Source: a virus (lineage: Duplodnaviria; Caudoviricetes). From it: a stretch of DNA of 64,000 nucleotides. The notes under the pieces are model-generated. The model was not told the origin of the DNA. It saw only the letters and a list, made by a program, of their open reading frames with translations, and ran no database searches. Location of the stretch: IMG/VR virus record IMGVR_UViG_3300049988_000286, positions 352,001 to 416,000 of that record; one strand, 5' to 3'. The position numbers and the translations under genes were made by a program. Shown here piece after piece: positions 60,386-64,000 of this stretch. Within the stretch, counting starts at the first letter, position 1. Every line of letters begins with the position of its first letter.

Positions 60386-61143
60386 CCGGAGCGATCGAGA
60401 CTATTGAGGTAATCGCAGTAGAGAGCGTCGAGTGACTTATCGCTGCGAAGATGCTTTGAACCGTTTGCCTTACGATCGATGATCCGAAGGTTCGTCCAAT
60501 GTCCTACAAGGCTGGCTGGAAGAGAGAGACGCCATCCGTCGTAAACACTGAAAATGTGGTCGATCGGTGTTTCAGCAGAACGTGTCTGATTCGGTGCAAA
60601 TATATGGCCGTGCTCGCGATAGTTTCGTAGTGTATATCTCATAACATCGGCTCGATAGCGCCGCATCGCCGACCGATCTCTTCCGTCAACGTTCAGTTTG
60701 GCATCCCAAGTAGCTTTGATCTTGGCGTGCCACTCCAAGCTTCGTTTATAACCTCGTTGTGGCGCGGCATTTCGCTTTTCGGCAATTTGTGCACGAACCT
60801 CTGGGTTGCTTGACCAGTGACCAAGGTGTCCAGTCCTATCCTCGTACGTCTTTTGCATCCTCATTTGTACCTCGGGGCATCGACGCTGCGCAGATAAGGA
60901 CGAGTAAGTAAGGTAACGATTCTCAAACCATCGGACCGGAACATGGTCAACTGGGCATTGAGGAACAGACCACACATCGTTCAAAATATGCCAGCATCGT
61001 TGCTTCGGAACGGCATCGGAGGGGAGAAAAGAAGTAGCCGACACAATGTCAGCCCACAGTGATGGCTCACGGTTACATAGCCACCGGCAGTTGTTCCTTG
61101 GATCGGGATATCGCTGAAGGTATTCTTGAAGGAGAGTTTTCAT
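60382..61143 (-). CDS. HNH-type homing endonuclease-like protein
   Basis: IDHIFS...NLRII...NGSK; AT-richer than its flanks; TAAATA 4 nt upstream. Confidence 0.7.
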   Translation of the reverse strand: MKTLLQEYLQRYPDPRNNCRWLCNREPSLWADIVSATSFLPSDAVPKQRCWHILNDVWSVPQCPVDHVPVRWFENRYLTYSSLSAQRRCPEVQMRMQKTYEDRTGHLGHWSSNPEVRAQIAEKRNAAPQRGYKRSLEWHAKIKATWDAKLNVDGRDRSAMRRYRADVMRYTLRNYREHGHIFAPNQTRSAETPIDHIFSVYDGWRLSLPASLVGHWTNLRIIDRKANGSKHLRSDKSLDALYCDYLNSLDRSG

Positions 61144-61147
61144 CTCC

Positions 61148-61153
61148 TATTTA
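61148..61153 (-). promoter_or_regulatory. late promoter TAAATA
   Basis: 4 nt to ATG 61143. Confidence 0.7.
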
Positions 61154-61175
61154 GCTAGCCAATACTAAAGCCGAA

Positions 61176-61952
61176 TCAACCGATACAGAATCCTAGTCCC
61201 ATCGAGGCTTCAACACCGTCCTTCAATTCCTGCAACAGCTTCTCGATCTCGGTAGCGGCTTCCTGCTTCAACTCTGCGCCGTTAAGGGTGACACCACCCT
61301 GCGGACCAGCCAATGCGGAGAACTTGCCGCGACCCTGACCGAGCATCTGCTTGCACTGCGCGGTGGCCATCTCCTCGATCCACGGGCGAGCGTAGGGATC
61401 GATGCAGAGGCTTTCCTCGGAGCGCGCAACATAGACGTGGAGGCCGATCTCCTCACCGCCTATGAACCGACGATGGAAGGTGATGCGCTTGGTCGCGGGA
61501 TCGAAGGTGAACTGGATATCGCGACCGAACATGCGCCCAGTCAGCTTCTGAAAGCCCATGGCGAGATCGTAGGTGGCAAGGGTGCCCACACCGCTACCAG
61601 AGAGACCGCTACCGCCGGTGTTCTGGAGCATGAAGATGTTGTTGGTGAACGACATCGAGAAGGGGTCGATGCCGCCGCCGCCCAACCCCGTGCTTGACAT
61701 GCTCTGCCGATATACGGCGCGCACTTCCTGAACCTCTTGCGGGAGCGAGTAGGTGGGAACATCGGCCTGAACCTCCAAGAAGGCGAAGCCTTCGAGTTGC
61801 GCGTTGGTGGAACGCTGACGATAGTAGCGCACAGCGATATTGACGGCAGCCGAATAATGCTCGGGATCGAGTTCGACATCGACCATTCCGTAGCCGAGAC
61901 GAAGCTTGATCTCGTCGATCATCTCGGCGCGATGGGTGGTCACGTCGCTCAT
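61176..61952 (-). CDS. neck / head-completion protein, T4 gp13-like
   Basis: IKLRLG..MVDVEL...AV.YY...YSLP.EV; GGVTLNG..L..EA..EI..L. Confidence 0.8.
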   Translation of the reverse strand: MSDVTTHRAEMIDEIKLRLGYGMVDVELDPEHYSAAVNIAVRYYRQRSTNAQLEGFAFLEVQADVPTYSLPQEVQEVRAVYRQSMSSTGLGGGGIDPFSMSFTNNIFMLQNTGGSGLSGSGVGTLATYDLAMGFQKLTGRMFGRDIQFTFDPATKRITFHRRFIGGEEIGLHVYVARSEESLCIDPYARPWIEEMATAQCKQMLGQGRGKFSALAGPQGGVTLNGAELKQEAATEIEKLLQELKDGVEASMGLGFCIG

Positions 61953-62302
61953 TTCATGTTCACCGCTTTCTTAGCTTGCGCCGTTGCCTTGTCGCTGATC
62001 TTCTTCTCTTGCTTCTCCTTGGTCTCGGGGTTTGATTTACTCGTCATCGCAGCAGCAACGTTGAGGTAAATCTTGTCCCCCTCGACTTTCTTGATCAGCT
62101 TCATTTTCGTGGGATCGAGGATTTGCATGATGAGTCCACGGTCAACCGACAGGCCGGTGCGATAGCTGCGCACCGCCTGTTCGATATCCTGAATCGGCAC
62201 GGAGTCCTGATCCCGAGAAACCATCGGGGTCAAATAATCCATGATCTGCTGACGCAGATCATCGATCATGTCTCCGGAACCGAACAACTCACACAGCAAC
62301 AT
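61949..62302 (-). CDS. conserved late hypothetical protein
   Basis: In the head-morphogenesis operon; ATGA overlap. Confidence 0.75.
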   Translation of the reverse strand: MLLCELFGSGDMIDDLRQQIMDYLTPMVSRDQDSVPIQDIEQAVRSYRTGLSVDRGLIMQILDPTKMKLIKKVEGDKIYLNVAAAMTSKSNPETKEKQEKKISDKATAQAKKAVNMK

Positions 62303-62306
62303 CGTC

Positions 62307-62984
62307 TTACTTCTTCTGCGAGGTAACGATATCGATGAGGGTGTCGAGCGAGAGGCCGTAGGTCTCCGTCAAGGCCGTGGCGGCAACCAGCGGCAGTGCG
62401 CCTTCGCGGATCATGCGGACATACTCACCAGCGATGATACGGTCAGGATCGAAGCCTTCCAGCATCGGTTTGCGAATCTCGACACTTTCCTTGCGAGCGC
62501 GGCCAGCCGCCTTCGTGTCAGCGTCGCCCATCTGATCGGCATCAAAGCGCGGGGCGGGAGCAGCAGGGGCCTCGGTGGGCTCCTCGTCAGCCGCAGGAGC
62601 ATCAAGGTTGAGGTCGGGCATATTCTCGCCATCGCTGCCCTCACTGGCGTCGAGAGCATCGTCGTCCATGGTAGCGAGATCGTTGGTGGGCGTTCCGTCC
62701 AACTCACCCTGCATACGGGCGATCTCATCGCTGATCGCGTTCTTCGTCGCGCTCAAAGTGGCGGTGAGTTCGCGCAGCTTGCCCGCGACCGCTTCCGCAA
62801 AGGCAGCGGCGGCATCAGGACCGAAGTGCTCACGGATCGGATCGTTGAGCGGCATCACGTCCTCTGCTTCCATCTTAGCGGCAGTCTCTGCCATCTTCTG
62901 AATAGCGTCGGTGATCGACTTGGCGGCAAGAACGACTTCTGCCTTCTCCAACTCACCCTCGATCAAGTATGAAAGACCCTTCAT
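62307..62984 (-). CDS. conserved late protein, scaffold/core-like
   Basis: LIEGELEKAEVVLAAK; acidic A/P/D-rich linker ending in KES. Confidence 0.75.
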   Translation of the reverse strand: MKGLSYLIEGELEKAEVVLAAKSITDAIQKMAETAAKMEAEDVMPLNDPIREHFGPDAAAAFAEAVAGKLRELTATLSATKNAISDEIARMQGELDGTPTNDLATMDDDALDASEGSDGENMPDLNLDAPAADEEPTEAPAAPAPRFDADQMGDADTKAAGRARKESVEIRKPMLEGFDPDRIIAGEYVRMIREGALPLVAATALTETYGLSLDTLIDIVTSQKK

Positions 62985-63244
62985 TGTACTCCCTTCTTCT
63001 TTTTGGTTCGCTTCGGAGCAATCTCACGAAGGATCATCAACGCAGCTTCTGAAATCAGATAAGCTTTGTTGTATTGCAGAGATGACGACATGACGCTCTC
63101 ACCGAGATGCTGACGCAGGTTCTTCTGCTGCGCGCGATAGTGCTCAACGACGGCGCGCAGATGCTCATGATCCAACGACCCTTCGAGCAAGTCGATGTCG
63201 TAACGATCAATCAGTATCTGGTTCAGTTGTTGGTATGATTTCAT
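62981..63244 (-). CDS. conserved late hypothetical protein
   Basis: AAGGA SD; follows TAAATA. Confidence 0.75.
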   Translation of the reverse strand: MKSYQQLNQILIDRYDIDLLEGSLDHEHLRAVVEHYRAQQKNLRQHLGESVMSSSLQYNKAYLISEAALMILREIAPKRTKKKKGVQ

Positions 63245-63271
63245 GTCTTGCCGTATCCTTACACGCAAGAC

Positions 63272-63277
63272 TATTTA
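63272..63277 (-). promoter_or_regulatory. late promoter TAAATA with SD-containing leader
   Basis: 27 nt to ATG 63244. Confidence 0.65.
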
Positions 63278-63283
63278 GTCAAC

Positions 63284-63862
63284 CTAGAAGAGATCATTCA
63301 CAGCGTTGAGGGCCTTCTTCGCCTGAATGGCTTTACGCTTGGCTTCGGAGTAGCGCGCCTCGGCGATATCGCGCTGTGCACCCTCCGTCATCTTGACGCG
63401 AGCCGCGAACCCCACCGCGTCGGTGAGCGCACGGGCATAGTCGCCCTCGATGTTGAGGATCGTCTTCACCTTCATCGACGTGATCCCCTGACCTTCGTTC
63501 AAGGCATTGACCAAGGTCAGTGCCGCCTCATAGAGGCGGAGGTCGGAAGCGATCGGTTCGTTGGTCAACGCGTGCACGACATCGTAGAACTTGCCCGCGC
63601 CATCGACATCTCGTAGGTCGATCTTCCACGAACCAACGCGCGTCCCCGTCGAAGTCACCTCGGTGACCAGCGCTTTCTTCAATTCCGGGTAGGCATCTGT
63701 GTGAGAGACCAAATCCTCCGACATCGAGGAGAAGGCCTCCATGATCTTCGACATCGATCCAGTGTCGGCGGTCTTCGGTGCCACGGGCACCGCACCAGCA
63801 ACACCCTCGTTGAACAGCGACATGATGTCGCCCATTGCTTGTCCCTGCTCCGGCGTGATCAT
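63284..63862 (-). CDS. conserved late hypothetical protein
   Basis: FYDVV...IASDLRLYEAA..LV..LN motif. Confidence 0.8.
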   Translation of the reverse strand: MITPEQGQAMGDIMSLFNEGVAGAVPVAPKTADTGSMSKIMEAFSSMSEDLVSHTDAYPELKKALVTEVTSTGTRVGSWKIDLRDVDGAGKFYDVVHALTNEPIASDLRLYEAALTLVNALNEGQGITSMKVKTILNIEGDYARALTDAVGFAARVKMTEGAQRDIAEARYSEAKRKAIQAKKALNAVNDLF

Positions 63863-63864
63863 GA

Positions 63865-64000
63865 TCAATCTCTCTCAAGTTTCTGTTTGTTAAGCCGGAA
63901 GAAGACCTTCTTCTCGGCATCAGTGCGTCTGACGAGCAAACCTCGCGTTACCATCTGGCGAGCCACTTCCTGATCCCGTTCGTCCAGCGTAGACCGATAC
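63865..64000 (-). CDS. hypothetical protein, 5'-truncated by the window edge
   Basis: ...LDERDQEVARQMVTRGLL...LERD*. Confidence 0.65.
   Translation of the reverse strand, partial: YRSTLDERDQEVARQMVTRGLLVRRTDAEKKVFFRLNKQKLERD

Noticed and set aside
1-64000. CRISPR array, rRNA, integrase or IS element
   Set aside because: No regularly spaced repeat-spacer units, rRNA-like tracts, or recombinase/transposase motifs were seen. The repeats found are promoter or tRNA segments.

Overview
This window is part of a large lytic jumbo-phage genome of T4-superfamily type. The T4 gp13-like neck gene and its neighbours at 61-64 kb resemble RaK2/GAP32/Atu_ph07-like myoviruses. GC is roughly 60% by eye, and the alphaproteobacterial-type bS21 and promoter shapes point to an alphaproteobacterial host. 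Most of the window is densely packed small accessory genes. It also holds 11 tRNA genes, a full-length type-1 IleRS, bS21, Pth2, TerD/HAD/PRTase genes, a tail-fibre cassette and two HNH-type nucleases. Five patterns stand out. (1) An isoleucine-centred translation module: a phage IleRS with altered signature residues and three non-canonical tRNA-Ile genes (UAU with a 23-nt variable region, GAU with G37, GAU with a rebuilt elbow). (2) About eleven late genes sharing an MRxxIxxxE-like N-terminus that resembles the T4 internal-protein capsid-targeting sequence, fused to ART-like, PLA2, papain-like and GNAT-like cores, which suggests a packaged effector set. (3) TAAATA late promoters lying 4-5 nt before the ATG in 13 genes, which predicts leaderless mRNAs. 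(4) A ~290-nt multi-domain structured RNA at the head of a tRNA operon. (5) An ANAGTTCG motif inside about 24 sigma70-type promoters. All calls come from reading the sequence by eye; no database search or folding program was run, and family names are recalled from memory.
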